The notes beneath the pieces are model-generated. The model ran no database searches, was not told the DNA's origin, and saw nothing but the letters and a program-made list of their open reading frames with translations. Shown piece after piece: positions 26,263 to 40,100 of a stretch of DNA of 64,000 bases. The stretch spans positions 78,647 through 142,646 of the forward strand of contig MU619298.1 of assembly GCA_025201805.1 (NCBI GenBank), written 5' to 3'. Both the position numbers and the translations under genes were made by a program. This stretch comes from Parasitella parasitica NRRL 2501 (taxonomy: Eukaryota; Fungi; Mucoromycota). Each line of letters begins with the position of its first letter. Within the stretch, counting starts at the first letter, position 1.

Positions 26263-27873
26263 ATGTTGTCAGAGGCAGCTCTACAAAAACACAAGCAAAG
26301 CTTTGATAGTTCAAAGCATGAAGCGAAAATGAGTCGAGTTCAGTCATATGTCATGGATCAGCAAGAGCATCTCCATCAGTACAAGTCGCCCAATAGTTCT
26401 TCTGCGGATTCCGTTCCAGAGTCATGTAAAAACCAAGGGTCTCTGTGCAGCATAACGCTCTCAGTATCAATCAGCGAGCTCATCAAGAGAAAGCAGCGTT
26501 TGGCGCATAAACCCTCCCCCTCTGAGGCCCTTACTCGTCGCCCATATAAGCAAACATTGATAGATAGTTACACACAGAAAACTAGTTGCGGGAATGAGCA
26601 GAGATCATCCTTTACTGGCGATCGACGTGACACCAAAAGACACAAATCATCATCCATGTCCAAGAGCCCAGAAAAGACATCTCCCCAGCCCAAGCCCAGC
26701 ATAATCAAAAAGGCTGCTCATGGCATGCACTTGTTACAAGTATACGTACATGTTGTATATGTTTATAAATAATTTTGCTGATTATATTGCATATTTGGCA
26801 TTAGAAATTCGTATCTCCTAATCTTGAAATGAGTCGAATTACCGTATGTATTCACACACATTCCCGGAGGGGAGAGTGTCGCATTAAAGCAGTTCAAATA
26901 GATGAAATCAAATATCAAACAGCCCAAACTTGGTTTGTTCAGAAAGGGGAAATCATCTGCTCTAGGCAAACCTGGTATACACAGGAAAAGCACTTGCAAT
27001 GGAATAAATAGCTCAACTTCATGTATATTAATAGTTGCTGATTTAACGAATTTCAATGACAAGTTTTCCGTAACACCAAAAGAGTGTGCCAGATCTTCTT
27101 GTCTAGAAGAGTTGTCGAAAGATCCTCCTTCCATTTCCAAATTCTTCCAACGAAAGCCAAACAAGACAGCAGCGAGCATCTTGTCAAATAAAACGGATCA
27201 TTCAACACCTAGAAGCAAAGCTGCTCAAAGCAAGAATCGCAGTTCGGAGGAACCACACCGTAAACGAAAACGATCCACTTCATCTCTTGATCAATACGAA
27301 GCTTTTACCAATACCTCGTTTGATACAATCTATCAATTGTTGAAAGAGTGCCACGAATTGAACCAGCTTACACCATCAAAACACCATGGCATCCCAAATT
27401 ACTCTCATGTCAGGACTCCAGACTCACCACTGCAACAAAGCTCGGATACGGCTCGACGAAATAATACTATGCATGCAACAGGCAACCTGTCTTTTATGAG
27501 TAGCAACTCACTACCACACCCATTCTCTATACAGCAGCCTAATCTGCCGTCGCTATCACCTCCTCATTGCAATGACCAGATGAATAAAAAACAGCAACCA
27601 CCGCCCTATCGACAAGATATATTCACCCCATCATGGCAAGTGACAGAGTCAGTAGTGTCATTCTCGGCCAGGACAGCAACTGAAGAGTACGAGCTACTCG
27701 GAAGAGAAAAAGCAGACGACGAGGAGGAGGATCGTACGACTGTTGCAAACGACGACTTGGACATTATTTTGCATTCGCGAGCCATGAATATACTTGGCGA
27801 ATGCATTCAACAAAATGAAAAAAATATCCAAAACTTTTGGTTGAGCCAGCCAGGATTCAAGCGAGGCGTATAG
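26263..27873 (+). CDS. Uncharacterised Ser/Lys-rich protein
   Basis: Starts MLSEAALQKH. Introns at about 26740-26803 and 26844-26901 join KFVSPNLEMSRIT to MKSNIKQPKLGLFRKGKSS. Confidence 0.7.
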
Positions 27874-27999
27874 CTAACCGTGTACGTCTGCATACGCAGT
27901 GTTCTTTCTCAGCATGCTTCTTCTCGATATTAGCCTTGTAATAGTCCGTATGCAGTGACAATATAGATAGCTTGCGTTTGTGCGTATTTATCCATGTTT

Positions 28000-29813
28000 T
28001 TATTGATTAATATTAGCTACAACCGTACTACTATAACTGGGTGTGTATTTTCTAATAATTTTTGTCAAGGCGTTTGGTAACGACTTCCAAGAAAACACCT
28101 TGACATCCTTTTCAATGTTGCGGGGCTTTGGATGGGGAAAGCTCATGATCAATTTAAAGAAATTAGCACATTCTGGCTTGCACTTGCTCACAGTCAACGG
28201 TCTGAATCCTTCCAAGTTACGCCTTATACGATTCTTTTCTTCTACAGTAAACTGCACGCCAATCAAGCCTTCTAGCAAGTAAATACAATCAACCGATGTG
28301 ATATAATAATCGTTACGTTCTTTCCAGTAGATACATGAGATCACCAATGGAGATGGCTTTTTGGCGCTACTATGAATGCCTGCAGCGGCAACAGCGTCTT
28401 TCTGCGCAGCTAAATTTTCTCGTATACGTTGTTGCTGGTAAGCTTCTTGCTCTATAGCTTCGAATCCGCACTCAACCAGATTGTCCTTTTGTTGGTTCGT
28501 TTCTCCTGCTGCGTGCTGCTTCCTCCAGAACTGCACAAGTCTGCGGCCGTTGTTCCATTCCTCGTGCGACCAATTCCATGTCATTTCTGCCATGTCGCCT
28601 AATATCTTTAGAGTCGCTTTTCCGAGAACACCAGCAAAAGGATGCTCTCCTTTTGCGGCTTTTGCTGCGCCTGGCATAGAGTGCAAAGAGGGCATCATCA
28701 TGGGCGATTGTGCCGGTTGCGCGTGAAACATGGATTGCTGTGATAACTGATAGTTGGGATAGACTGAGGAGTTGTACCCTTGCTGCTGCTGATGAGGGGA
28801 ACAACTGTTATACGTGCTGTTAAAAGCATTGCTATAAGCTAGTTGGTGGACAGGAGAAGGCTGTATATTGACAGGATGCTGATGCTGATGATGATGATAA
28901 TCATGCCCACCAGTATTGCCAGAGTTGGAATAGGGGTTTGGTTGAATAAATGCATTGGAGTGATAATTTGGATGAGGAGCAATGGATCGAGATGAGCATT
29001 CATGATTCAAACTACCGGGCGTTTTTGTTGGTGAATCGTCAAATGGAGCTAATAACTGGTTGAATAATTGATCATCTTCTATAGTCGTGTTTGTGTTTTG
29101 CCGTTTATTAGAAGTATATTCCTCTGGATTCGATGCTAACGATGGTACGGCCCCTCTTTTCTTTCCTATTAAAATGGTTATTTGATATAAGCATTTATGT
29201 GTATGTGTGTGCGCGTGTGGCTGTGGTTTTTTGTTCAAGTACCTTGTATCAAGTTTCCTGGATCTCCTAAGGATGTTTTTGGCTTCAGAGCGGCTCCTGA
29301 CTTGGCATTGTAGGTAAATACGCCAAAATCCCAATGGTCGGTGGCTGTGTCACTATTTTTATGATCATAAACGCAGACAGACAGTGGCACCTGATTGCTG
29401 TGCCCTCCTTGAGTGTCTGCCAGTCGAGGTACCCGAGCAACGAGTGTGATCCAGACCAATTGACTGTTGAGAATGCTACTAGGAGATGCGGTTGGTGCGC
29501 GTTGTTGTTGTTGATTTGTCTCGACTACAAGATTCCCGAAAACTAGTTTCATTGGACGAATCTCATCGTTCAAGGTGGGAGTAGAAGAGGAATCAGATAC
29601 AGCTTGTTCCAATACTACCGTAATGGTGGATTGATCTGTTCCCATGTGAGGGTCCCATTGGATCACACGGGGTCTTGAAAAGACATTGGCATTGTTAGTA
29701 GGAATTTCTGAAGGGAGATGAGTCTTTGAGGATTTCAAGTAGCTGTTATTAAATGATGTATTGATGCCAAGTACTTCGTTGTTATCGTTGCTAAAGGATG
29801 CGGTTTCCATCAT
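28000..29813 (-). CDS. medA: Medusa (MedA)-like fungal transcription regulator
   Basis: Intron 29242-29166. C-terminal domain ISCIYW...ITSVDCIYLLE...FTVEEKNRIRRNLEGFRPLTVSK...FFKLIMSFPHPKPRNIEKDVKVF. Confidence 0.88.
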
Positions 29814-30219
29814 ACTTTTCAATATATACACCAAAGAAAGAAGAGAATGGTGATAAATATCACTCAAGAAGCTTTTTTTTTCTTTCTTTCTCTCTCTCTC
29901 TTTGTCTCTCTCTCTCTTTGATACAAGCGTTTATTTCTACGAGAACAAACATTTTCATCTGTTTGTTGGGTTTATACAACAGGCATTACATTCAAATTTA
30001 GCTTTTGCTATAATACATCGGATGCATATATAAAATACGGTATTTGTAGCTCCTTTTGCAACTAAAGGTTCATGCAACAGACCAAACTAGTATAAATACG
30101 GTTTTTAGAAACATGTGCTTGCAAAAGTATGCATGGATATAATATACACATAGAAATTTGAAAGACTTCCAAATTTGAATAGGCTTTTCGGAATAATGGA
30201 GCGAGTTTATTTTTACTCG

Positions 30220-30401
30220 GGAGTATTTCATTATCATCTTATTCATGTTGTTTCCGCATATTTGGAAAATAGAAAGTTGGTTTATATGCTGTATATACTC
30301 CTTGATCTGTGTTTTTTTTCTGCTGCATGCATATCTAGGCTTTTTGCTTCTAAAGGATACAGTAAAAGAGGAGTTTGTGTTATTGACATTGCCAATAACG
30401 T
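30220..30401. other. Conserved non-coding element, copy A (candidate structured RNA)
   Basis: Shares six exact 12-21-nt blocks in the same order with 34074-34266 and is followed by a poly-T tract. Confidence 0.75.
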
Positions 30402-30402
30402 G

Positions 30403-30451
<49 letters not shown>

Positions 30452-31887
30452 ATAATTCATTCATGATTGGGGATATATGGCTAAATACATACGTGATGTA
30501 TGACAAAATGATACGTATAAAAATACACATACATGCGTCTGTAACGTCGTATACATGCATGAGAGTATGAGAGTATGAGAGTATCTAGTATCCTAACATC
30601 GTAAAAATTATTGAAAACGAAGGCATATATAGATAGGAGAGATATTTGCATTATAAGCTATTCTCCCTATTTGTCATCTTCATGTAATAGTAGTGTGTCA
30701 TTTGATTTGAGATAAAGACGTGTATATTCTTTAACTTGTAGGTATTCAGGACATAGTATCGTTCGCACCTAAAAGTTACGTACAGATACAGTCCATGCTT
30801 ATATTTTAAGCTAATCAAATGTTGTCCCCCATCTTTAGTTATTACAGTTGCATAAAAGGTAGTTTTGGTTGGTTTTTTTTTTGCTCTCTACTATTTCATT
30901 TCATTGCTTTTATTAGTATTACAGCATCCGTAACTTTTTATTATAGTCTTATTTTGTTAAAGAACAGTTCATTACGACTGTGTAGTGAAATATTCAGATT
31001 TAGTGCTAAAATTGGATGGAAAACCTGCCTCTCGAAATCAGCAGAAACAACCTCTTGAAAAGCGGATCAAACCAGCAAAAATGATTAGATTATGAAATAT
31101 GCGGTACTTGGACACACTTTTTTTTTTGTAACAATGACATGAGATGTATAAACCATTTCTTAAGATTTTTAGAACACAAGTTTACTCCAAGGTTAGAGCT
31201 TGCAAATCCTAGATACACAAGAGGTATATATACAAAAAGAAAATTGTTTCAAAGCTAAGGTGAAAGATAAATATTTACCTAAATGTAGTTGTTTTCTGTT
31301 TGTACACAAGCAACAGCAACTACTTGAAATCTCAGTTACATCATAAAAAATATGATTTGTATAATTCAAAAAGAAATGAGTGAGTTTAAGCTTATAGCTT
31401 TTCTATAGAGTATGAAATGAATAAAACAGTAAAAACCAATAAATATATTATTTATAACATACTACATTAGTCTCTTCTTAACAATAATAACATCACATTA
31501 CAGCGTGTTAAGAAGGTTAAATAAATGTTGTTGAACAACACCAAATATAATTGTTCTAACCGCAAAAAAAGATAAATGCGTTCCTGAGGTCCAGCCCTAT
31601 TACCGTACAATGTTTTAACTTTCTTTTTTATCATATAAATCAAATTAGATTATTAGTATTAAATTTTGTCGTTCACTTTTAGCTTGAATAGTTTGAACTA
31701 AAAAACACAGAATAACAAAAAAAAAAAACAACAATTTTAATTTTCATAGATACTTTCCATAAGTTTTTGCATTATTTCATCGTATTATTTTCTTGTTGAT
31801 GCAAAATATCTTCTTCATAGTATTTTCATAATATTTCCTCGTGATTTATAAACATTTATTATGAAAGAATAACCCGTTTTTGGAGCT

Positions 31888-32835
31888 CATAACTTTTGAT
31901 AGGCACATTGCCCACTGGAAACAACCATGGTATGCTCTCTACAGATAGTGATGATCATGCCTGATTTAATAAAGCATAAAACAAGGCATCGCACATGGGC
32001 CTTTAACAAAGTCTTGTTATTAGCGATCATATTTGAAATAACTTGTGGTTTCTGCTATTAAATTTTCAGATTTCAAGGAAAACATGGATACCAATGTTGT
32101 TGCCAGATAGTACCAAGTCAATGCTAAGTTTTCCAAGTTAGAAATCGGTTCTATTGTCATTTCAACAAAAGTTATGAGGAAATATCTGATATTTATTATA
32201 AAAATTGAAAATAAAGCTGTTTTTGCACACAACTTTTGATAGAGGCATCGCCCAGGGGAACCCAAGTTATGCTCAGATAGCGATGCTTGTGCCTGATTTG
32301 ATGGCGCATAATAAGACAGGCTTTGGTTCCCTTTTTATCGCAACCTAACAGCGACTATACGCAATTTTCATATGAAAGTGTTTGTGTTACCAGCTGATAT
32401 CTCTTTTGCCAGATAGCCCCAAGGCAACGCTAAGTTTTCCAACTTAGATTGCAGTTCTACGGTTCTTTTAGCAGAAGTTATGATCAAATACGTGTTAATC
32501 AACAATTATTTTTTTATACAAAAAAGGTTTTTGCACATAAATTTTAGTAGACGTATTGCATAGTGGAAACCACATCACGCTCATGCCTGTCATGGTCCAG
32601 CTTGGAATATTTGCTATTGCTGTTGCCACAAAAACTTACAAATTTTTTCTGCTGATAACTTTGTGTAATATCTACAAATAGTCTTTCTACGTTTTTCAGG
32701 TTTGATTTTCATCCTACGGTTCATTTAGTAAAGCTAGGACCAAAAAACTGTTTTGTACATATAACTTTTGCTAGACAGCACTCGGCGCCCGGTAGAAACA
32801 GGAATTACTCAGATAGTCCTGATTGTGCCTGTACC
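31888..32835. repeat. Diverged tandem array of ~220-340-bp quasi-palindromic units (MITE/foldback-like)
   Basis: CATAACTTTTGATAG-like starts at 31888, 32228, 32536 and 32760. The inverse AAGTTATG occurs at about 32169 and 32475. The block TGCCAGATAG..CCAAG.CAA.GCTAAGTTTTCCAA is shared at 32101 and 32407. Confidence 0.75.
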
Positions 32836-34073
32836 AGGTACACATAAACTAATTCATACTTCTTTATTCGCAATGCATTATATTGTATTATACATGAAAA
32901 TAAGTTATTTGTCAATTTGATATCCTCTTCTATTAATATTATGCACTAGATACAATTCATCATGAATAATACACAGGAGTATTAGAGGACGCAGACTTCC
33001 TGGCTCTTTTTATCTGATGGTGTACCAATGTATCAGTACCAACTATGCAATTAATTGAGATAAAGTCATGTTGTCAGAAGTAAAAAGGACCATCACAGAT
33101 TAGGGAATACAGGTTGACATATAAAGCCATATTTTTCATCAATAGATAATACAATGAATGAGCATGACATTGAATTTGGATGGATACGATCTATTCCATT
33201 CCTAGACCTTACAACAATCATTCACATTCCTCTATTTCAGATCAAATAGTATATAAAGCATCTAACTTGATGTAAAAATAAACGATCCTCTTTTATTTTT
33301 TTTTATATACTAAATCATTGTCGGGGGGGGGAGAATACAAGTTTTTGGAATCATAATATTAGTAGTTTGGAGAGGAATCGTTCTATCACTGGAGGGATTA
33401 GGTTACAATCTACTTTGCTTCTTATACCCATTAAGTAATGAAACTCTAGCAACTCTGGGAATTTTTGTTTTCCAATTTAAACTTGATGAGGAGGTCACCA
33501 CCATAGATTGTATTATGTCCTTGTGAACTTGCATGCATCTGTCCCTATTATATGGTGCAGATATGTATAGTAGTATCTATCAACTATCAATGCTGTGGTA
33601 TTTACTAACCTTTCTATCGTGAGTTAAGGAAATGTCTACCCTTCTGGCAGCAATATAATAGTCCCTTAGAAGCCAAATACTTGGCGTGAGATCACCAAGT
33701 CCCGGTCAACAACGCTGAATGCTTAGACAAAGGTAATGTCAAGATAGGCTTTTGCACTACTTTGAAACATTTGGTTACCAATAATGACTTTAATAGTGTA
33801 TGTAAACGCAGTATCCTAAAAGAGAGGACCGAGGAAATGTTATGCTATCCTAATACCTATTGCGTAATAGTTATGATCTTGTAGGGCGTATGAATATTAT
33901 TCTTTAAATTCTGCAGGTAATGAGATCAAATGCTGTTTATATGGACCCTACTCTTCGGGATAAGAGCCAATATAATAAGGTTAGATTGCTTGGATATTGA
34001 CTAGCTTCGATTGAAATATACACATGCCATCGTCGAAAAAAAACAAAAACAAAAACAAACACGCTACTTTTGA

Positions 34074-34266
34074 GGAGTATTTCATTACCGTCTATTCATC
34101 TCATGTCGTTTCCGCATATTTGGAAGAATAATAAAAAAAAAAAGTTGGTTTATGATAAATGTTTAAAATATACTCCTTGATTTGATTTTTGCTATTGCTG
34201 CACATATAAGGTTTTTTATTTTCTGCAAAGAAAGGAGTTTGTGTATATTGACATTGCCAATAACGT
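34074..34266. other. Conserved non-coding element, copy B (candidate structured RNA / HSF-gene 3' UTR element)
   Basis: Same conserved blocks as 30220-30401. Lies about 300 nt past the stop codon of the minus-strand HSF gene. Confidence 0.75.
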
Positions 34267-34568
34267 TTTTCTTTTTTTTTTTCTACTCTGAAAAATTAAG
34301 GGTATTTGGCAAATATATATATGTATATGTATAAAAATAAACGGGCATAAACATTGGATATAAATCATAAAACAATTATCATAATAATAATATTAATAAA
34401 AAAAAAAGGGGGAAAGAGTACATGAAATATTAGAGATCGATTTTTTCAGGTCGATACATCGATTGATTTTTTTTTAAAAAAAAAAAAAAAATAAAAAAAA
34501 AAATAAAAAGAATAAATAAATAAAAGAAAGTAATCCGTGAAGAATGGTAGTCCAGCTAGTTGGGTATG

Positions 34569-36211
34569 TTAATGATAAGAGGGTGCTATCCATTTATCGG
34601 GTAATGTTGTTGCAGGTGAGTTTGTGGACTCATCCTTGTGCGTTGGAAATAAGAAATTATGGTTCTGTGCTGCCGATGCTGATGTAGATGCTGTTGCTGC
34701 CATGGATGAATGGTAAATTGGTGTTGTAGGCGCAGTGTGTAATATAGGATTGTATGGGTATGAAGATGTGTCGATTCGAATTTGCTGCTGTTGCTGCTGT
34801 CGAAGTAGACCCTCTAGAAACACAATCTTTGATCTTTGGACATCAATCAGGTCAAATGCTTTTTGCACTTCTCCAGTCAACATTTTGTACATGTCTATGT
34901 AATTGTGTCGTAATTCAATGATCTGCGATTTTAGCTGCTCTTCGTCATTAGGTATTGCTTGCTCCAAAAAATGAGGTAAATGGCTAAAGGTAGGAGCAAA
35001 TGTCTGGTGATGTTGCTGTTGTTGACAGTAGACCGAGGCATCTTCTAGCGTTGAGATAGGCGAAGTCGTTGCCGTGTTGAATAAAGGGGGGTACATGTGC
35101 TGCGGGTTTGTGTCAAATAGCATGTCTGTAGGCGTAGTTGCGGTGGCAGTGCTCATAGTTTGACGATTGTATTGTTGAAGCTGCAGGGTCAACGAGGATG
35201 AGGAGGCAGACGAAGCAGAGCGACGTCTTTCATCTAGACTGTTATTGGCACTGTCATAATCGTCATGGTTGACATCGGACTCGTCTCCTGATCCAACGTT
35301 GAGGATGGTCTCTGGATCATCCACTTCTTCCTCCTCTGTCCTTGGTTTCTTCTTGCGTGAATAACGTGGTGTTTTTCTGCGTATTAAATGATGCAAGTCT
35401 GTTCTGCTGGGACGAAAATAGACGTGGTGCCAACGGCATGTTTCTTTGTCTTTGCTGTCTTTGGATTTACGAGCGTCTGTATCTCTCTGAAAGCCATAAA
35501 TCTAACATTATTATTTTTTTCGTCAGTTTAGTCAGATGTCAATTGTATTGTCTACTTACATTCAACTGTCGAACAAATGAAGCAAACTTGCAGTGCTTGA
35601 ATAATTGAGGCAGTACAATCTCCGTGAATTCTTTAGGGAAACGTTAGCTATCGATACAATACGAAAAAAGAACAACCAACTTACTTGGAATACAGTCAAT
35701 GATAAACATATCAGTGCCGTTATGTTTGCACCAACGAGCATACTTCTGTCCGTTGTCGGGTGCTTGTAAACACCTATGATTAAAAAAGTAACAAGAATGT
35801 AAGGAACTTTGTTTCTTCATTTTTTTTTAAAAAAAAAAGGGGGGGGGGGAGCGAGAAAAGCGATAAAGAGGAGTGAGAGTGAATGGGTGAGTTTGCCTCG
35901 AGATTAAAGTTCGATATGAAAAGGGGCATGTATGTTACAAATGAGAGCGACAAAGAGAGAAAGACGGGAGAGGCTACATAATGTACTTACTGATACAGTT
36001 TCGAAACAAAGCCAGCAACCCCACGTTCAGGCTGGCTGATGCTTTCCTCACCGTCCATGTTCATATGCGTATTGGGCGTATGGTGGCTACTGGACATGAG
36101 GCTCCAATGCGACGTAGCGTTTAGATCGGTTGGTGAATGTGAGGGATATTCTTGCTCATTGTAGGTATTAAAGGTCATTAAAGAAGGGTCATTATAATGT
36201 TGATAATCCAT
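34569..36211 (-). CDS. HSF-type DNA-binding transcription factor
   Basis: Spliced exons give GFVSKLYQCL...[29 protein letters not shown]...WHHVYFRPSRTDLHHLIRRK, followed by a coiled coil. Confidence 0.9.
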
Positions 36212-36294
36212 AATGAGAAGAGAGTGAAGATGTTTTGAAATGCTAAAGTTCAAACAAAAAAAAAAGGGCCCTATTTTATATGTTTTTCCCTAAC

Positions 36295-36326
<32 letters not shown>

Positions 36327-36506
36327 CCCTCTTCAGCACCCTTACTTTTTATTGATGTAAATAGCTGCTTACGCTTTATGCTAAATGCTGTTGCTGCTGC
36401 TGCTGCTGCTGTCAGCAAGGTCTCCCTCGTGATCCCCCCAATAAAGGAGTTACATATACGGTATACAATGCAAATAAATATGTATAATCTTAAAAAAAGA
36501 TTTATT

Positions 36507-37136
36507 TTAATTTTCATGTATGTCCATTTCATCCATCACTCTACGATATGTCTTGTCATGAGTCCTCTTTTTCGGGCTGCTGCCAATCAAAGCGTACCCG
36601 AGTGCTTTTCTTGATAACAGCGGGATCACTCGATCCATCATTTGAGGAAAAACATATTTCTCACAGAATAAACTGACACACAGGTTCACCGCAGCCAAGA
36701 ACAAAATGAACCATTTGAAGCCCATGGGTAGAGGCTCTAGCTCCATTAACTTCATTACAAATGTCGGTGGCCACACGACAAACCAAGTTGTAAGGCTGAT
36801 TAGCGTTGCAAGTGTCAGCACAAGTTTGCCATTGGTCCAGAGCGGCTTTCTATAGGGCGGACCAACACTAAACACAACAGCGATCAGCATGTACTGGTAA
36901 CTGGATATCAAAAACAAGACTGTATTCTCGAGACATTCAATGTTTTCGCCATTTGGGTCAAATACAGGAGGTCTGTACCATGATTGCTGGTGAACTGCCC
37001 AATAAGACAAGAACTGAAAACTCGAGTTGATCAGAATTTGTCCTATCAAAGATGTCAACACTTTTCTAGACACTAAACTAGCCGTTGGTCTTTTTCGGTC
37101 AAGGTATGGCCATGCAGCTGTATGTCCCACTACAAA

Positions 37137-37175
<39 letters not shown>

Positions 37176-40100
37176 AGCGACATGTGCGTATAAATATAAA
37201 TTAGGACATAAAACTTACTATACACAGCGATGGGTAGAATAAGGAATAGATCAATGTACAAGAATTGGAAATCTCCCAGATTACTACCAAATGCATATAA
37301 TAATGTCACAGATGTAAACTGGATCAAGCTGTACAATGCCATGTACTTAAAACAGCTGAAGCTAGTGACCAGAGCAGCTCTGCCCTCTCTATCATATCAC
37401 ATCAAAGCGTCAGCTTCCTTCCTTCACGCAGCAATGTTCTACTCTAAACTGTATACTTACTTGATCACATCAATCACGCATTCAATGTCCATTGTGTTGC
37501 TGGTGAAAGGAGCAGCGACAGAAGCCTCTGCCTCGGAGAGAGAGATGCCAATATCTCCTGCCTTCAATGCACCACAATCGTTTGCTCCATCACCACAGAA
37601 CCCAACGCAGTACCCAATATTTTGGAGCTCCATGACAAGCTCTTGCTTTTCGTCGGGCGACATTCGAGCGTAAATGGCGCCTTTTACCAGCATGCGGTGG
37701 AGAGATTCAAGGGTGGAATGGTCGACCATCCAACGAAAGGCTTCCCCTGTAATGGCAAGAAGGTATTCCTGTTGGTGGTTTGTAAATTCATTTGCCATGT
37801 GGGGCTAAGAGTGTCGTGTTTAAGGGTCAATGGTGCTAACTAAATAAAGCAATAGGGCTTAAACTTTTTACCTGTAATGTATCTGCGGACAACTCATAGC
37901 CTTCCTGCATGACACTTTCCCAACTCAATTCAGAATCAGGCTCGGTGGAAGACCCTTTTAAAAACCTAGGTAGATAAATTTCTGCCGATTGATCGATCAG
38001 CCCACATTCTCTGGCCACGCTAACAGCTGTCAGAACATTGTCGCCTAGATCAATACATGATATCAGTATACCAGCGCGCGCGCAAAAGGAGAGAGAGAGA
38101 GAGAGAGAGAGAGAAAAGAGGGAATAAAAACAATTGCTCACAACTTGCCTGTACACATGATCTGTCTGATATTTGCATTGCGTAGAGTGCTGATGGCTGA
38201 GGCAGTGCGAGGCTTGAGCTTATTTTCAAACACGATAAAGCCCAAGAACGTCAACCCAGTTTCGACTTCGTTTCTAGAGTAGAAGAGCAATTGGCACACA
38301 TGTCACTTATATATTGATCAGCGCTGTTACCTTTTCAATTTGTAGAGCTTGTGCCATTTTACCCCTAACAATTGTCTAGAAGCGCATGCAATAACACGGT
38401 AGCCACGATGCGTATACTTGTACAATCTCTCTTGATAATCCTCGGGCACTTTTTATTTTTTTTTTTAAAAAAAACAACATGTGGGATGCACATTAATTAC
38501 CACGTATTTCACGCTATACGACCAACTTACTTGACTCTGGAGTGCAAATGTCTTTCATGACCTCAGGCGCACCCTTGACAAACACTTCCATGGTTGGGTT
38601 TGCGAGTCTCCTGACAATGACACTCATGCGTCGAAGCGACGATACAAACTCAAACGTATGGATAATGCCAAACTCAATAGGTGGCGCGGCCGTGGTTACC
38701 GTTTCCTGAAGTAGTGGTTTAGGGCGATTAGCAGCGGACATATTACATGCATTAAAGCGAACAACAAACCATGTGCACGTTAATGTCCTGTCGACCTCCC
38801 GGAGGCCTTACTACTGTCGGCATGATGCCCACCTTTGCGCTCTTTTTCGTCTGCAATGCAGCCAACTCGCTTCTAGGCTTCAAGCCCATCGACGATGCTC
38901 CTCCGCTCTCCTCTAGTTCCCATTGTGTAAACTCAAACATTTTCAGATCGAGGGGATCACCCAGCAGCTCCCCGTTGACGATTTTCAAGGAATGACAGGT
39001 TGTCATTGTCCGCAAGATCTTTGCTTGCGTTGTGATTGTGTCATCGTTGTTGGGATCGACATGTGCCACTGATTTGCACTCGTTGTCAAAGAGCTTTCTG
39101 CCGCCCTGTGTCACTGTTACTGCGCGAATGCCGTGTATGTCCAAGCCATCCTCTGTTAAAGTGCCTGTCTTATCAAAGCACATGCAGTCGATTTTACCGC
39201 CAATGTTGACTCTAGGTGGAGAAATGCAAAAAATGCCTAGCTTCTTCAGTCGGCTGATGGCAAAGCTGGTGCCAATGGACAAGGTGGCAGGCAGTGCTGG
39301 AGGCACAACGATGGTGATCAAATCCAGCGCTCGCAGAACCATGGTGGTCGAGTCAATGCCAAGTCTAATAAAATTTACAGACGAAATTAAGAAACCAACG
39401 AAGGCTATACATGATGCGCTTTAATTAGTGAATGTTGAAATATGAAATAAACGTTTCTCTCTGGCAATCAACATACCTATCACGGACAGAACGCCAATAA
39501 ATCTAAAAGAGTCTCTATAAAATTTGAAATTGTTGGGTTTGGGAAACAGCATAGATCGAACGAGTGCTCCCTTCGCTGTGCTGAATCCAGTTCTGACAAC
39601 AATTGCTGTAGCCGTCGATATATTGTCGCCGCCCCTCACTCGAACCATCTTGGTGCCCATAAATAAAAAATGCTTGGATATCTCTGCTGGTATACCGGAT
39701 GACGACAGGTTCGTCTTTCGCAGGGTTATGTCGTTGATGGGTGCTTTGGACACAGGCACTGATTCTCCTGTCAGCATGGACTCATTCAATATGCAGTCGC
39801 CCGACACCAGCATCGCATCACATGGCACTGTATGTATGTTTGCAATATCTATCAAGTCACCGGGAACTAGTTCAACTGAACTCAGGTTTCGCCCTACATT
39901 GTCTTGTTAGTTTTTCTCATCCTTCTTTTTTTGATTCCACCCCACCCCCTATCATTTCACAAAGAAAAAACGTTTTTTTTTTTTTTCCCACTACATGTAG
40001 CCCTTCACCCCCCCCCCCACACACACACACGCTCGCACACACTTACATGATCCACTACGAAATACCCGTACAGAACATTCGAAAAATGACATGTCCTTCA

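Noticed and set aside
30351-30362. GTATCCTTT (U12-type 5' splice site) on the minus strand in element copy A
   Set aside because: It is not conserved in copy B and is not within a recognisable gene.
31888-32835. CRISPR-like array
   Set aside because: Units are long and diverged without constant repeat/unique spacer structure, the context is eukaryotic, and there are no cas genes.
34165-34256. H/ACA snoRNA interpretation of the duplicated element (stem followed by ACA)
   Set aside because: Conservation continues well past ACA+3, the lower stem is not preserved in copy A, and there is no shared H box.
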